64,000 bases of DNA from an uncultured virus (IMG/VR IMGVR_UViG_3300009158_000043) (Duplodnaviria; Heunggongvirae; Uroviricota; Caudoviricetes), in IMG/VR virus record IMGVR_UViG_3300009158_000043, one strand, 5' to 3'. A model generated the notes under the pieces. The model was given only the letters and a program-made list of their open reading frames with translations, was not told the DNA's origin and did no database searches. A program made the translations under genes and the position numbers. Below, piece by piece: positions 9,492 to 20,648 of the stretch (position 1 is its first letter; each line of letters opens with the position of its first letter).

Positions 9492-10944
9492 TAGTTTCAG
9501 CGAGTTTATCAATGAAGCATCGCTTAGAGGAAATGCTGGAATTCCCGGCGAAGAGGGATCTGACCGCGAATCATGGTTAGATAAAATTACACAGCGCTCA
9601 AACCGAGCAGCTCAAGAATTTGCAATGGCAAATCGTGCAGATATTCAAGGTTTCATGGGATTAGTAATGAAATCATTAGAATTACAGCGTGGTCACGAAG
9701 AAGAATTATCTGAACTTACCGTAGACGCCTTTCGTAAATTATATGGTTCCCTAATTGAAGAGTTTGAGTTAGATTTTAAAATCGTGACCCGTGAAGAAGT
9801 TAAAGGAAGCATGGAAGAAACGCCAGGCGAACAAGAAGAAGAACCAGAATTGGATGCACTCGAAGATCAAGAAATAATCGATCATATTCAAGTACGCAAG
9901 ATTCAGCGTACTATTCAACAAGGTAAAGGACTTAGTGCAAAATCTATCCTAAATCTTTCTATTTTCAGAGATGGTCTAGTTCAAATTTTAGGACAAGCAG
10001 ATGCTGCTGAATATTTAAGAGTACTTAATAAAATCTCAAATGTTGCTCAATTCTTTGATTGGGACATGCCAGAAGAGATGCAAAAAGAAATGTGGCGCAC
10101 TAGACAGGGTTTTGCAGGAAGCTGTGATATTCAATTTGGTGAAGAAGAGGAAGGTAAAGAGGATATTGCTAAGAAAGTACTTGATGATTTAGAAAATGGC
10201 GAAGATATTGTAGATAACGAAAACGCAGAAGACTTAGTTTCTGGATTAAACGTTAAAATCATTTCTAGAGGAATTGATCTTTCTGTGTTGATTCATGAAT
10301 CTATCAAAGGAATCTATAAATTAATTACACAAGCAAGTCTTGAAGCGTTATATGGCGGAACTGCTGAAACTGTATTGATGAATACTGATACTCTATTTGA
10401 TGAATTACAAGAACTTAAATTTGGTCGCCAGATGCAAGATGTATTTTTCAAGCAAGTTTCACAACACCCACTAGTTGAAGAAAAGATTAGAGAAATGATG
10501 GACGAAGAAGATTGGGTTGTAGCTTCTTTCCAAGAGAGAATTAACTATTTATTCTTTAACGCAATTTCACAACTTGGTCAACTTGAACCGAGAGACATGT
10601 TAAAATTAGTAAATGCAATTCTTAGCGAATCTCCTGAAGCAACTGAGATGTGTGATCCTTTAATTAGAGGCGCAATCAAACACCTCGAACAAGAAGAAGA
10701 ATTCCAAAATTTTAAACGTAATCCCGGTCAAATTGATAACATGTCTGCTCCAGAAATTTCAGATGAACCTGAAACTACTGAAGACACTGAAGATCTTAGT
10801 GGATTAAGTAAAAACGAACTTAATGATATGATTATTGATGCATATTCTCGTAAAGATATGAAGGAAGTTGAACGTCTTCGTAAATTTTTAGGTGAGTCGT
10901 TAAATCTTAAACATTTTATTGGACGCATTCGCCTAAATAGTTAA
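9478..10944 (+). CDS. Acidic hypothetical protein (start moved to MQKINSF)
   Basis: SFSEFINE motif; LIHESIKG resembles a degenerate HEXXH. Confidence 0.8.
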   Translation: MQKINSFSEFINEASLRGNAGIPGEEGSDRESWLDKITQRSNRAAQEFAMANRADIQGFMGLVMKSLELQRGHEEELSELTVDAFRKLYGSLIEEFELDFKIVTREEVKGSMEETPGEQEEEPELDALEDQEIIDHIQVRKIQRTIQQGKGLSAKSILNLSIFRDGLVQILGQADAAEYLRVLNKISNVAQFFDWDMPEEMQKEMWRTRQGFAGSCDIQFGEEEEGKEDIAKKVLDDLENGEDIVDNENAEDLVSGLNVKIISRGIDLSVLIHESIKGIYKLITQASLEALYGGTAETVLMNTDTLFDELQELKFGRQMQDVFFKQVSQHPLVEEKIREMMDEEDWVVASFQERINYLFFNAISQLGQLEPRDMLKLVNAILSESPEATEMCDPLIRGAIKHLEQEEEFQNFKRNPGQIDNMSAPEISDEPETTEDTEDLSGLSKNELNDMIIDAYSRKDMKEVERLRKFLGESLNLKHFIGRIRLNS

Positions 10945-11368
10945 TAACATCGATTACAGTAGACTCAGTAAATGACTCTAATTGTAAATTATAGTCTAAC
11001 CGATCCCATTCATCGTCTATACCAATTTGGATAGTTGAGAATGGGATCGAATAGTTTTTGTAGACGTCGCTTATCATTTCCAATTCCTCTTTTGAAAATA
11101 CTGAAATACACCGAATTCCGACAGTATTTAATTGTATTTGACACTCGTATACAAATTGCAAATCTTCCAAATTTGCACAAATAAAAACAGTTTTATTTCG
11201 TTCACTAGGCTCAATATAATATTCTCTATTTGGAGAATCATCGCCAGTACGCATTGCATGACAAATAGCTGCTGCAATATCTCGGAAATCGCATTCGCAT
11301 AGTCGAGTAAGTTGAACAACTTTTCCAGTATCAGGATCAGTATCTTTAAGAAAAACTAAGTATTTCAT
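10916..11368 (-). CDS. Hypothetical protein
   Basis: 150 aa directly downstream of the sigma gene. Confidence 0.7.
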   Translation of the reverse strand: MKYLVFLKDTDPDTGKVVQLTRLCECDFRDIAAAICHAMRTGDDSPNREYYIEPSERNKTVFICANLEDLQFVYECQIQLNTVGIRCISVFSKEELEMISDVYKNYSIPFSTIQIGIDDEWDRLDYNLQLESFTESTVIDVINYLGECVQ

Positions 11369-11373
11369 ATTTA

Positions 11374-12255
11374 TTAATTATTTTCAGTTATTGAGAGTTT
11401 ACGCGCATTCATTTTTAGTCGACGTAATGCTTTATTATACACAAGTCTAGACCATTCAGCACTTCTATCAAATCTTGCCGAAATATCCTTAAATGCTTCA
11501 CCTTCGCCACCAGTGTAGAGTCCAATCCTGGCACAAACAACCGCTCGCTCAATTTCACGTAACGTATCAAGCAATCGCAATATTTTTGCCATTTTGTCGT
11601 CGTCCAATAAATTATTGTCTGGCGGGTTATTGTCAGACGTTAACCAATCAATTGGCGCAAGTACATCACCATCTTCTGATTCAAGAGCAGTGTGGCCATT
11701 CATGACACCTGTAATATGATCTAAATCATATGGTTCAATACTAATTCCCTGGTTTAATAATTCTTCGACAATTTCATAAGTTGTTGCATCTCGATCAAGA
11801 GTAACTCGTAAGTCAGCTTCAACTTTGCGTGCTTTGTTTATTTTAGTTTGAGCATTTCCTGGAATTCTAACTGTTCTGTGATTAGCATCAAAATATTTGA
11901 ATATTTCACTACGAATATGCCATACTGCATATGAAATAAATTTGAATCCTCGAGTTGGATCAAATGTCCTAGCTGCTTTAACTAGACCAATGTTTCCCTG
12001 ACAAATTAGATCAGACAATAGATCTGGTGATAGCCCGTACTGCTTGGCGACTGAAATCACAAATCGTAAATTATGTTTAACCAATAAGTCAACTGCTGCT
12101 TCATCGCCAGCAATTGCTCGAGTACTAAGTGCAAATTCTTCCTCTCCAGTAAGTAGAGATGTTGAATTTACATCAACAAAATACCTCGCCAAATTCGGTG
12201 AGCGCATCGTCATTCGGTCGGAGATCTGTAGATCGCGCATTCTATGTGTTTTCAT
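11374..12255 (-). CDS. RNA polymerase sigma70 factor, RpoD/SigA-like (start moved)
   Basis: NLRFVISVAKQY, DLICQGNIGLVKAARTFDPTRGFKFISYAVWHIR (region 2), region 4 HTH. Confidence 0.95.
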   Translation of the reverse strand: MKTHRMRDLQISDRMTMRSPNLARYFVDVNSTSLLTGEEEFALSTRAIAGDEAAVDLLVKHNLRFVISVAKQYGLSPDLLSDLICQGNIGLVKAARTFDPTRGFKFISYAVWHIRSEIFKYFDANHRTVRIPGNAQTKINKARKVEADLRVTLDRDATTYEIVEELLNQGISIEPYDLDHITGVMNGHTALESEDGDVLAPIDWLTSDNNPPDNNLLDDDKMAKILRLLDTLREIERAVVCARIGLYTGGEGEAFKDISARFDRSAEWSRLVYNKALRRLKMNARKLSITENN

Positions 12256-12340
12256 ATAGATAACGATACTACAAAAAAGATCGTCAATTAAATTAGATAA
12301 CGTGTACCGTGGCAGATAAATAATAAAAAGAAAATCGAAA

Positions 12341-12679
12341 ATGGCAACCCCAACTACTCCGGCTGGCAAGAAATATTTTTTTGGCTGGACTAATATTAAA
12401 TGGATAATTAGAGAATTTGTTGCAATGTACAGCAGCCAGCCATCCTATTTCAGTAAAAAGAGATTTGAATCATCGATTGCGTTTCTTTCAGCGATCGGAA
12501 CTATGCTGTTTTATGTATATGCACACTGGGCTACAATCACAAATGGAGAAATTTGGGCAGATGTTGCTCTTCTATTTACAATTGCCGGATATGCAGTCAA
12601 CCAGATCCAAAAGGAGAAAGTCGTAGTACACGATACTGGAGGGCAGGTCACGTCAGCTGATCAAGACACCCCGCAATAA
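12341..12679 (+). CDS. Two-TM membrane protein, holin-like
   Basis: Two hydrophobic helices after SKKRFES. Confidence 0.6.
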   Translation: MATPTTPAGKKYFFGWTNIKWIIREFVAMYSSQPSYFSKKRFESSIAFLSAIGTMLFYVYAHWATITNGEIWADVALLFTIAGYAVNQIQKEKVVVHDTGGQVTSADQDTPQ

Positions 12680-12693
12680 AATAATATAATACA

Positions 12694-13401
12694 ATGACTA
12701 GAGACCTAGATAAGTGGTTTGATCTCAATATTGATACTGACACCCGAACGATCTATATGGGCAGTACTGGATATCTTGGAGATGAATCAGAAACCGGAGT
12801 CGACCATTCGATGGCCGCGTATCTAATAAAAGGTATGCATACTCTTGAATCAAAGAATAAGAAACCTATAGTCATTATAATGAATAACCCAGGAGGTGAC
12901 TGGTATCACGGTATGGCAATCTATGATGCTATTAAATCATCAACATGCCACTGCACAATTAGAGTTTATGGCCATGCAATGAGCATGGGCAGTGTTATTT
13001 TACAGGCAGCGGATGTCCGAGTAATGATGCCAAGCTCAAGATTTATGATTCACTATGGAACCGATGGAAAATATTCACATGCTAAGATTGCATATAAATG
13101 GGCAGATGAAGGTAAGCGTATTAATTATGAGATGGAAAATATCTATCTAGAGCGTATGCTTGACTATGAAGAGGAACATGGAATTAAACTTGAATCGGCT
13201 CTCGAAAAGATCGTGAATCGTGATAATGACTTTGATTATCCAAAAAAGGCTCCAGTAAAATATAAATTTGCAGCTAAACGTGAAACTCGTAAAGAGGAGA
13301 TGCGACTGGTCCTTGTACAATTACTTAATTATGATACAATACTTAGGCCTGAAGAAACGATTAGTATCGGATTAGCCGATACTATCTATTCTGCAGAATA
13401 A
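12694..13401 (+). CDS. clpP: ClpP-family protease
   Basis: NNPGGD, GMAIYD, AMSMGS (catalytic Ser), FMIH (His), GLAD. Confidence 0.9.
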   Translation: MTRDLDKWFDLNIDTDTRTIYMGSTGYLGDESETGVDHSMAAYLIKGMHTLESKNKKPIVIIMNNPGGDWYHGMAIYDAIKSSTCHCTIRVYGHAMSMGSVILQAADVRVMMPSSRFMIHYGTDGKYSHAKIAYKWADEGKRINYEMENIYLERMLDYEEEHGIKLESALEKIVNRDNDFDYPKKAPVKYKFAAKRETRKEEMRLVLVQLLNYDTILRPEETISIGLADTIYSAE

Positions 13402-13421
13402 ATAATAAAAAAGTTTACGAT

Positions 13422-14867
13422 ATGCCAATTCTTTTAGATTACAGCAACTGGAAAAAAATATATGAGCAAGCCGAAGCAGACGCAGCTGGTGCAGATACTA
13501 AACCTGCAGAAAGCGGAGCAGCCGAAATAAAATCGATTGAAACTGATTTATATAATGGGATCGTTACAAAGATTAATACTGATACTGGTGAGAAGATCAA
13601 TATTATGGGTAAAATAACAGACGATAATACTAAGAAAGGTATTGTTGAATCATTTATCCATTCTAAAAATTTTCCAAAGAAATTTATCAGTAAGTTAGAA
13701 AAATATAAATTCGTTGCTGGTCATGTTGGAATCAGCGGACATATTGATTTTCCATCAATTTCTGGTGAACCTATAACACTTAAATATATTGATACTGTCG
13801 GTGCTGAAACGAGTGTCGACGATATTTCAGAAATACTTAATGATATTAATACAAAAAATATTGATCTTTTTGCAACTGGTGAAGATACTCAATTCAGTAT
13901 CTTAGTTGAATCATATTCAGAAGGTAAGAAAAGATTAAAACGATTTAAAGCAGTATCTAGCCCATTTCCTGACAAGCTAGTAACTATACTAGAAGGAAGA
14001 GTCCCAGTCTTTACAACAGCAACTGTTACTTCTCCCGGAACAGATTCAAAGTCTACACCTGGAAGTGAAGGTAAACCGATTGAGATTGTGGTTCCATTGC
14101 CAGTTAGTGATACTCAACCGAATACTACATTTGCAGTCGGTAAAGCAGATTTAACGAATTCTCAAGTGACTATTGATATAGTATGGAATGCTATCCAAGA
14201 GGCTCTTACGAAGAATAATATCAAAGTCGACACTCAAATTCAAATTACTAGTGTTAAAATTATATCATCTGCTAGTAATTATTGGGGCGGAATCGTTACA
14301 CCTACTTATAAAAATGACGGTACTCCAACTGGACAAGAGTATTCAGCAGTTCCGCCGACTCGTGCAAAAGATGCAAACTATGCAACCCAAGCAGACTCTA
14401 ATTATAAACTAGCGACAAATAGAGGACTTGCACTATCTACAGCAGTCGTTGCCGGCTTAAAGGAAAAAGGAATTGCTGAAATTGCTGAACCTTCTTTCGA
14501 TACTCGAGTTACTGATACTGGTGGTGTAAATGACGATAAGCGTGTAACTACAGCATATCCACAACCTGGACAGTTTGCTAAAATTATAATTACTGCAAAA
14601 ACAACAGATATTATACCACCACCATTTATACCTGGAAAAGAGATTAGAACCCTTCAATTAACTCAATTTACATTAGCACTAGTTGAAAGATCGGGAGGTT
14701 CAAATACGCTACTGGATAAAGTTAGAGGTTGGTCAATCGATCGTCCTAAATATTTAAAGAAATCTGGCGGATGGCAATCAGGAGGATATATTAAGAGACA
14801 CGCTGGAGCAAACCGACCATTTAATGGATTATCACATCTTTTAAGTAACGCATTAGGAACAAACTAA
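13422..14867 (+). CDS. Hypothetical, probable virion protein
   Basis: 481 aa; DYSNWKKIYE N-terminus; NYKLATNRG weakly OmpA-C-like. Confidence 0.75.
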   Translation: MPILLDYSNWKKIYEQAEADAAGADTKPAESGAAEIKSIETDLYNGIVTKINTDTGEKINIMGKITDDNTKKGIVESFIHSKNFPKKFISKLEKYKFVAGHVGISGHIDFPSISGEPITLKYIDTVGAETSVDDISEILNDINTKNIDLFATGEDTQFSILVESYSEGKKRLKRFKAVSSPFPDKLVTILEGRVPVFTTATVTSPGTDSKSTPGSEGKPIEIVVPLPVSDTQPNTTFAVGKADLTNSQVTIDIVWNAIQEALTKNNIKVDTQIQITSVKIISSASNYWGGIVTPTYKNDGTPTGQEYSAVPPTRAKDANYATQADSNYKLATNRGLALSTAVVAGLKEKGIAEIAEPSFDTRVTDTGGVNDDKRVTTAYPQPGQFAKIIITAKTTDIIPPPFIPGKEIRTLQLTQFTLALVERSGGSNTLLDKVRGWSIDRPKYLKKSGGWQSGGYIKRHAGANRPFNGLSHLLSNALGTN

Positions 14868-14901
14868 AAATAGTATTTAGTTTAACCTAAAATAGCGAAG
14901 A

Positions 14902-15546
14902 TTATATCTTCGCTATTTTTTTGCCAGTAACTACTGTTATCCAAAATTTACCGCTAGCTGAATCGACCATTAAATTTATTCCAATATTGGTATATCCACG
15001 ATTCATTAATATTTCATGATGGTCCTTTGACTTCATAAAGCCAATGAATGCCAATCGTGCAAGTCCTTGTGATGTAATATTTTTACAGTCTTTATATTCG
15101 GTATATGCTCCCCAAATACATTCTCCATACGTAATAAACTTCTTACCGCAAAAATAATTACACCGATCTATAAAAGAGTAAAGTAAAGTATCTGTGCCGG
15201 AGTATTGATATTTATCTATTTTAGATTTTTCAGTATGAGTTAGTATCAGGTCAATTCGTGCAAGACCTTTAACTAAAGAAAACATGTAATTATTATGATA
15301 TGCACATGCAAGAGAAGCAGCAGAATCAATTTGTGTATTAAATGGGTGTGATATGTTACCCCATTTGCGTGAAACTGTATTATATGTATTCGTTACTTGT
15401 AATCCAAACTCAGCAGATCTAGCAGAATCGACAAGTCTGACAAATTCTTTAGAGAATTCATCGGATTTTGGTAAAAACGTAGTAGTTTGAGAATAAGTAG
15501 ATTGGCCTATTGTGATTACAACTAATATAAAGATTAACTTTTTCAT
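14902..15546 (-). CDS. Secreted CAP/SCP-domain protein (start moved)
   Basis: Signal peptide MKKLIFILVV; HNNYM, GEC, SKDHHEILM..IGI motifs. Confidence 0.75.
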   Translation of the reverse strand: MKKLIFILVVITIGQSTYSQTTTFLPKSDEFSKEFVRLVDSARSAEFGLQVTNTYNTVSRKWGNISHPFNTQIDSAASLACAYHNNYMFSLVKGLARIDLILTHTEKSKIDKYQYSGTDTLLYSFIDRCNYFCGKKFITYGECIWGAYTEYKDCKNITSQGLARLAFIGFMKSKDHHEILMNRGYTNIGINLMVDSASGKFWITVVTGKKIAKI

Positions 15547-15714
15547 AATTATTAGTTTTAGATTGTTTGTATATAGATATAATACTACTAATCTAATAAT
15601 TAGTAAACATTCCACCCATGAATAATAATTGTTTCATGCGATATGTCAATAATTTCTTCTAGCTCAGTATCTACATCACTAATAACTTCTTCATATATCT
15701 TAATATACTTCACA

Positions 15715-16458
15715 TCATGCTAATATTTTTAAAACTACTTCTTCTACAAATTCTTCCATGTCACCTGGATCAATCGTTGAAATTGAATCGCGACCACTAT
15801 GACAATTAAATAACATATCGTGATCTAGATAATGCTTTCCAAATTTAATTGGAGATTTTTTGCCATTTGTGAGAATCGGCAATGGATTAATTACAACTGA
15901 GTCTATTCCATTACGCCTAAAGATTACTGAATCATTAAATGGAGTTCTGACGATTGGGCAATTAAATTGACTAACAATTAAATCACTTAGTGCTCCAGGA
16001 TATTTTCCTATAAAAAAAGTACGACCGCCCTTTCCGCTAAGTTCAAGATTAAGAACCCAGGAAATTGAACCAAATTTGCCATCTTTAATTTGATCTGAAA
16101 CTCGCTGTGCTCCACGCCCACCAAATTCTTCTCCATCTAATAATACTACTGGTACATCAGGTCGTCTTAATTTTATTGCTATTGCATTTATTACTGAGCA
16201 CGAATTATCATTTGCATTATCTATGTTTGCATTATTTACATCATGATGTGCAACTACCATTTTATTTGAAGACCCAGGTAAAATTAAATTATAACCGGTC
16301 GTTGTGTCGACTGGAAATGTGTCAAGTTCATACGGTACTCCATATGCCTTTAACAACATCATTAAGAATTTTACTCTAGGTGTAGGTTCAATTGGATCAT
16401 TTTTAAAAATGGTTCCAACATTTCTAATTTTACAAAAATTATATATTTGTCCATACAT
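15715..16458 (-). CDS. M28-family zinc peptidase
   Basis: AHHD, ANDNSCS, DGEE.G, NLEL, CHS..D motifs. Confidence 0.85.
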   Translation of the reverse strand: MYGQIYNFCKIRNVGTIFKNDPIEPTPRVKFLMMLLKAYGVPYELDTFPVDTTTGYNLILPGSSNKMVVAHHDVNNANIDNANDNSCSVINAIAIKLRRPDVPVVLLDGEEFGGRGAQRVSDQIKDGKFGSISWVLNLELSGKGGRTFFIGKYPGALSDLIVSQFNCPIVRTPFNDSVIFRRNGIDSVVINPLPILTNGKKSPIKFGKHYLDHDMLFNCHSGRDSISTIDPGDMEEFVEEVVLKILA

Positions 16459-16465
16459 ATTATAT

Positions 16466-17083
16466 TTATTTTAGCCTACCATTTTTATATCGTGTTTCGT
16501 ATGAGTCTAAATAAAACGCAAACTTATTACGAATCTCTTTTACTTTAATCGCATATCCTGGGACAGCGTATCTCTCTTCTAAATAATTAAAATATGCGTC
16601 TTCTGTTTTTAACTTCCAAACACCTGTGCTTGCCTGCCAAATGGCATAATCTATAACACTCATCTTCCAATTGTCATATGTTGCATGGCCGGCATTTACA
16701 CCAGTCTGCACATTCGGTCGACATGCGGCACGCTTCATTCCAAAGAAATTATGATTTTCTGCGCTAATTGAACTTGAGAACCCAGTTTCGACAACTACCT
16801 GTGACCATACAATTTCAGGATATTTAATACCCAATTCTTTCATATACTCATAGATTGCCTTTGGGCTCATCATTGCATTTTCTTGCTCATTCACAAGAAC
16901 CACAAGTTCTTCATACTCCGGTTCAGCTATCTTTTTTTCATGTTTTGAGTATATCATATATCCAATGCCTCCACCGAAACCTAAGCCAATACATAATATC
17001 CACGGCATAAGTATTCTGATCTTTGAAATACCTACGAGTTTCAACTGATGGCTATCAAACTTATATGTTTTTGAAAATATCAT
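16466..17083 (-). CDS. Membrane-anchored glucosaminidase (GH73-like)
   Basis: N-terminal TM; QVVVETG, NHNFFGMK, YA..GY. Confidence 0.8.
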   Translation of the reverse strand: MIFSKTYKFDSHQLKLVGISKIRILMPWILCIGLGFGGGIGYMIYSKHEKKIAEPEYEELVVLVNEQENAMMSPKAIYEYMKELGIKYPEIVWSQVVVETGFSSSISAENHNFFGMKRAACRPNVQTGVNAGHATYDNWKMSVIDYAIWQASTGVWKLKTEDAYFNYLEERYAVPGYAIKVKEIRNKFAFYLDSYETRYKNGRLK

Positions 17084-17156
17084 AAAATCAAATGTTATAG
17101 GTTAGAGTATAATTAGACTATTAAGCGCAGATAAATAAAAAAAAGAATCATAAAAA

Positions 17157-18986
17157 ATGCATATCATTTCAAATTTTGCAAAATGGAAACAGATTAACGA
17201 AGGACTTTTTTGGGACGTTGTTGAAAAGGAGCCTATCTCGGGTACCAATCATAAAATTAAAGTTAAATATCTTGATGGAAACAGCTTTAAGGTAAAGGCA
17301 GTAAACGACAGAGACATGGTCAATTCAGACGGTACGGTCGATCCTACCCTAATGGATGGAATCGTTGCTTTCTTAAAAGGTCATGATGTGACTGATTTTA
17401 GTCGCCAATATCCAGCTTTACAAGATTTAGCTACTTTTTACAAAGATAGCTTTTTTACATACAACGTAAAAAAAGAAACAGATAATAAACAAGTTATCGT
17501 TTTCTCAATTCAAAAGAGAGCAAGTTTCAAAGGAGTTACTCCAGAAACAAAAATATTATCTGATGATGCTGCTGCAAAACTTGCACAATCACCAGACGCA
17601 AAAGCTGTGCTTGCAAACTCAGATAAGAGTCTTTTAAATAGCACAGTAGAAAAACCAGCAGCTGCTCCTGCAGTCGGGCCGGTTAAATTAGACAGTCCAG
17701 TATTAATTGCAGATCTTTCTAAACTTACTGCTGAGACTCCAATGTTTAAAGCAATTGACGGTCTAGTCGCTGGATTAGCGACATCTAAAATATTTACTGA
17801 CAAAAAGGCACTCGAGCTTATTAATAAATCAGCGGATGAACTTGAAGCATCTAAAATTGGTGATAGTACAGTTTCACTTATTAAAGGTATTATTGCCGGT
17901 TTAGGATTAAATAAATTCACTGACAAATACGGCAGAGCAAAAGATCGTACTCAAATTACACAAGAAGTAGCAGATAAGATTTTAGCACTTGTACCCGCTC
18001 CCAAAGCTGATGCAACTGCGCAAAACTCTTCACGTAACTACAAAGTTGCTGGAAAACGTGTTAATGAGCAAGCTGCAGACAAGACAGCAGCACCTGCTGC
18101 TCCGACAACTGCCACTCCAGCTCTTCCTGCAAATTTTAAAATGGAAGAATTTCTTAAAGCGATTGGAGGCGGTGAAGTAACCACTGGAGATATTAAACTT
18201 CCAGAAGGTGGACTTAAAAAAGCTACTGCGGCTAAGGGTGATGCTGTACTTAAATTAGTACAACAATTAATTATTGATAAACTTGGAGCGGTTCTTGCAG
18301 ATGATGCAACATTCACCAAATTTAAAAAATATGGCGCTGATGGAAATTACGGGCCAACTACAGAACTTGTTATTTCAATGGCAAAGTCTGGTTTTGAATT
18401 AAAGGATCAAGACGGTTCAGTTATTACACCGGAATTAGTAAATAAATTACAGACTGAAAAAATTACAGAAAGTTATTTAGGATTACGCGGACAATTGGTT
18501 GAAACATTTAATGTTGGAGCTGCAAAGAAAGTATCTTCCGGACACGCGACATCAGATAAGCCTGCTGCAAAAGCTGAAGGCGATTCAGCTAAACCCGCAG
18601 CACCTGCCGGAGATGCAAAAACTGTTGAAAAATATATGTTAGATGCATCTGATGCACTAGTTAAATTATTTAACGATACTACATTCTGGGAAGAATTTAA
18701 AGGAACAATTAATGATGATGAAGCTGCCGCTAGTAAGGAATTTACACGCTGGTTTAAAAATACATTGATTCCAACATATCTTACACCAGCAGAAAAATTA
18801 ATTGTTACTCTTCCTGAAGGTAAAGAGAAACAATTAATGACTAATAATTATACTTCATTTACAACTAAGATGCTAACTGAATTGGCTGCTAAACTTAGCG
18901 GAGTAACGAATGATGATATATTCCATTGGAAAATCTATTTATTGGATGGAAATGTTAAATCATATAAAGTAGATACTGATTTCTAA
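17157..18986 (+). CDS. Probable virion protein with peptidoglycan-binding-like motif
   Basis: 609 aa; VQQLI..GADGNYGPTT. Confidence 0.75.
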   Translation: MHIISNFAKWKQINEGLFWDVVEKEPISGTNHKIKVKYLDGNSFKVKAVNDRDMVNSDGTVDPTLMDGIVAFLKGHDVTDFSRQYPALQDLATFYKDSFFTYNVKKETDNKQVIVFSIQKRASFKGVTPETKILSDDAAAKLAQSPDAKAVLANSDKSLLNSTVEKPAAAPAVGPVKLDSPVLIADLSKLTAETPMFKAIDGLVAGLATSKIFTDKKALELINKSADELEASKIGDSTVSLIKGIIAGLGLNKFTDKYGRAKDRTQITQEVADKILALVPAPKADATAQNSSRNYKVAGKRVNEQAADKTAAPAAPTTATPALPANFKMEEFLKAIGGGEVTTGDIKLPEGGLKKATAAKGDAVLKLVQQLIIDKLGAVLADDATFTKFKKYGADGNYGPTTELVISMAKSGFELKDQDGSVITPELVNKLQTEKITESYLGLRGQLVETFNVGAAKKVSSGHATSDKPAAKAEGDSAKPAAPAGDAKTVEKYMLDASDALVKLFNDTTFWEEFKGTINDDEAAASKEFTRWFKNTLIPTYLTPAEKLIVTLPEGKEKQLMTNNYTSFTTKMLTELAAKLSGVTNDDIFHWKIYLLDGNVKSYKVDTDF

Positions 18987-18991
18987 ACGAT

Positions 18992-19486
18992 ATGCCAGCT
19001 AAATCACAAAAACAACAAAAACTTTTCGGAATGGCCCTTGCTCAAGCAAAAGGAAAGATGAAAGGTGCAAGTAAGAAAGAAATAACTAAATTTGCAAAAA
19101 CGAAACGCAAAGGACTTACCGAGTCTTTTGTGTTATCGTTTGGCGAATTCATCAATGAAGCATATGTTGATGAGTTTGGCGAATTAAAAGATTTTGAACT
19201 TACACCAGAAGAAGAATTCAGAGTTAATACTCATGATAATATTGTGTCTATTGGTAATTTTTTAGAAGATGCAGGTGCAGATGAACTATCGCACAACATA
19301 GATGACGCATTTTTAACATTTGAATTTAGCTATCATGGCAAACCATTTGCAATGCGACTAGATTTAGATAACGACACAACTGAAGTCATTTCACAATCCA
19401 CAGATATTCCTATTTATTCCGGAGATACTGACTCTCTGTTTGACCTAATCAAAGCAAATGGTCTTTCTTTTTTATTCGGTATATAA
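18992..19486 (+). CDS. Hypothetical protein with DUF3008-like N-terminus
   Basis: MPAKSQKQQKLFGMALA...FAKTKRKGL; internal SFGEFINE. Confidence 0.7.
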   Translation: MPAKSQKQQKLFGMALAQAKGKMKGASKKEITKFAKTKRKGLTESFVLSFGEFINEAYVDEFGELKDFELTPEEEFRVNTHDNIVSIGNFLEDAGADELSHNIDDAFLTFEFSYHGKPFAMRLDLDNDTTEVISQSTDIPIYSGDTDSLFDLIKANGLSFLFGI

Positions 19487-19574
19487 TTATTAGTGTCTGC
19501 TTGTATTGCTTCATTGCCAATTGCTGCACGACTGCAGTGTATTCTGGAGCTAAACAAGGTACAAAATGTTGAGC

Positions 19575-19648
19575 GGGTGAAAGACGGGACTCGAACCCGC
19601 AACCCTCGGTACCACAAACCGATGCTCTACCATTGAGCTACAATCACC
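19575..19648 (-). tRNA. tRNA-His(GTG)
   Basis: Cloverleaf; anticodon loop TTGTGGT. Confidence 0.9.
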
Positions 19649-19724
19649 ATAAAACTCTACCCCGTAAGTAGAGAGCGCAAATAAGGCTCTGCGTGGCCAG
19701 CGATAATACCATTTTGGCATCTCA

Positions 19725-19811
19725 GCGGAAGGTGTGGGGATCGAACCCACGCAACTTTTACATCCTACTTGTTTAGCAAACAAGCCTCTTATGCCTCTTG
19801 AGTAACCTTCC
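19725..19811 (-). tRNA. tRNA-Ser(GCT)
   Basis: Long variable arm; loop TTGCTAA. Confidence 0.9.
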
Positions 19812-19816
19812 GTATT

Positions 19817-20260
19817 CTATTCAGCATTTCTTTCGAACTGATCTTCTGTTGCTTCATATATTGGAACAAATAATGCATATCCATCATCATCTTCAAAATG
19901 ATTACACTCATCAATATATCTTGAAGAAAATTTAGTTCTCCAGTATTCAAATTTATTTTTTGCAGCACACCATCTGGCAACCGTTGCATTTCGATGATCT
20001 CCGATATACCATCCTCCATCCTTTAGGAGGCCTTTGGAGATAGCTCCAGCTTCGATAAGTTTCACCACATAAAAGCTTTTCCATTCCTCTGGGTCTTCCG
20101 CATAAGGCAACTGAGGGATATCAGATACCTTCGCAATCTTTGGTAGGTTATTCCAATATGCTCGACGATTCTCTTCGCGTTCTTTTCTAAGACGAATCTT
20201 TTCAGATTCCATCCAAAGTTTAGCGGCGTCTTTAGTCATGTCTTTCACACGTTTTTCCAT
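19817..20260 (-). CDS. Hypothetical protein inside the tRNA array (start moved)
   Basis: 147 aa; YIGDHRNATVARW. Confidence 0.75.
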   Translation of the reverse strand: MEKRVKDMTKDAAKLWMESEKIRLRKEREENRRAYWNNLPKIAKVSDIPQLPYAEDPEEWKSFYVVKLIEAGAISKGLLKDGGWYIGDHRNATVARWCAAKNKFEYWRTKFSSRYIDECNHFEDDDGYALFVPIYEATEDQFERNAE

Positions 20261-20274
20261 GTTTTTTGTTTTTA

Positions 20275-20358
20275 GCGGAAGATGAGGGAATCGAACCCCC
20301 AAGGCTTTAACACCCAGCTGTTTTCAAGACAGTGTCCTCGTCCATTCGGGCACCTTCC
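20275..20358 (-). tRNA. tRNA-Ser(TGA)
   Basis: Loop CTTGAAA; long variable arm. Confidence 0.9.
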
Positions 20359-20363
20359 AATTG

Positions 20364-20437
20364 TTGTCACCCCGAGAGTCGAACTCGGCACCTTCACGGT
20401 ATCAGCGTGACGCTCTAACCAAATGAGCTAGGTGACA
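20364..20437 (-). tRNA. tRNA-Ile(GAT)
   Basis: Loop CTGATAC. Confidence 0.85.
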
Positions 20438-20447
20438 ATATATTAAG

Positions 20448-20521
20448 TGGAGAATAACGGATTCGAACCGTTGACCCCCTGCGTGCAAGGCAGGTGCTCT
20501 AGCCAGCTGAGCTAATTCCCC
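20448..20521 (-). tRNA. tRNA-Ala(TGC)
   Basis: GGGGAAT acceptor with G3:U70; loop TTTGCAC-type with TGC. Confidence 0.95.
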
Positions 20522-20568
20522 ATTTTTCTTCCTAATCTCCATCCTTCTGGTATTATATCTCCTTTATG

Positions 20569-20641
20569 TTGTCCCTCTAGGGCTCGAACCTAGACTCTTG
20601 TGGACCAAAACCACACGTGTTGCCAGTTACACCAAAGGACA
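20569..20641 (-). tRNA. tRNA-Gln(TTG)
   Basis: Loop TTTTGGT. Confidence 0.9.
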
Positions 20642-20648
20642 ATAAAAG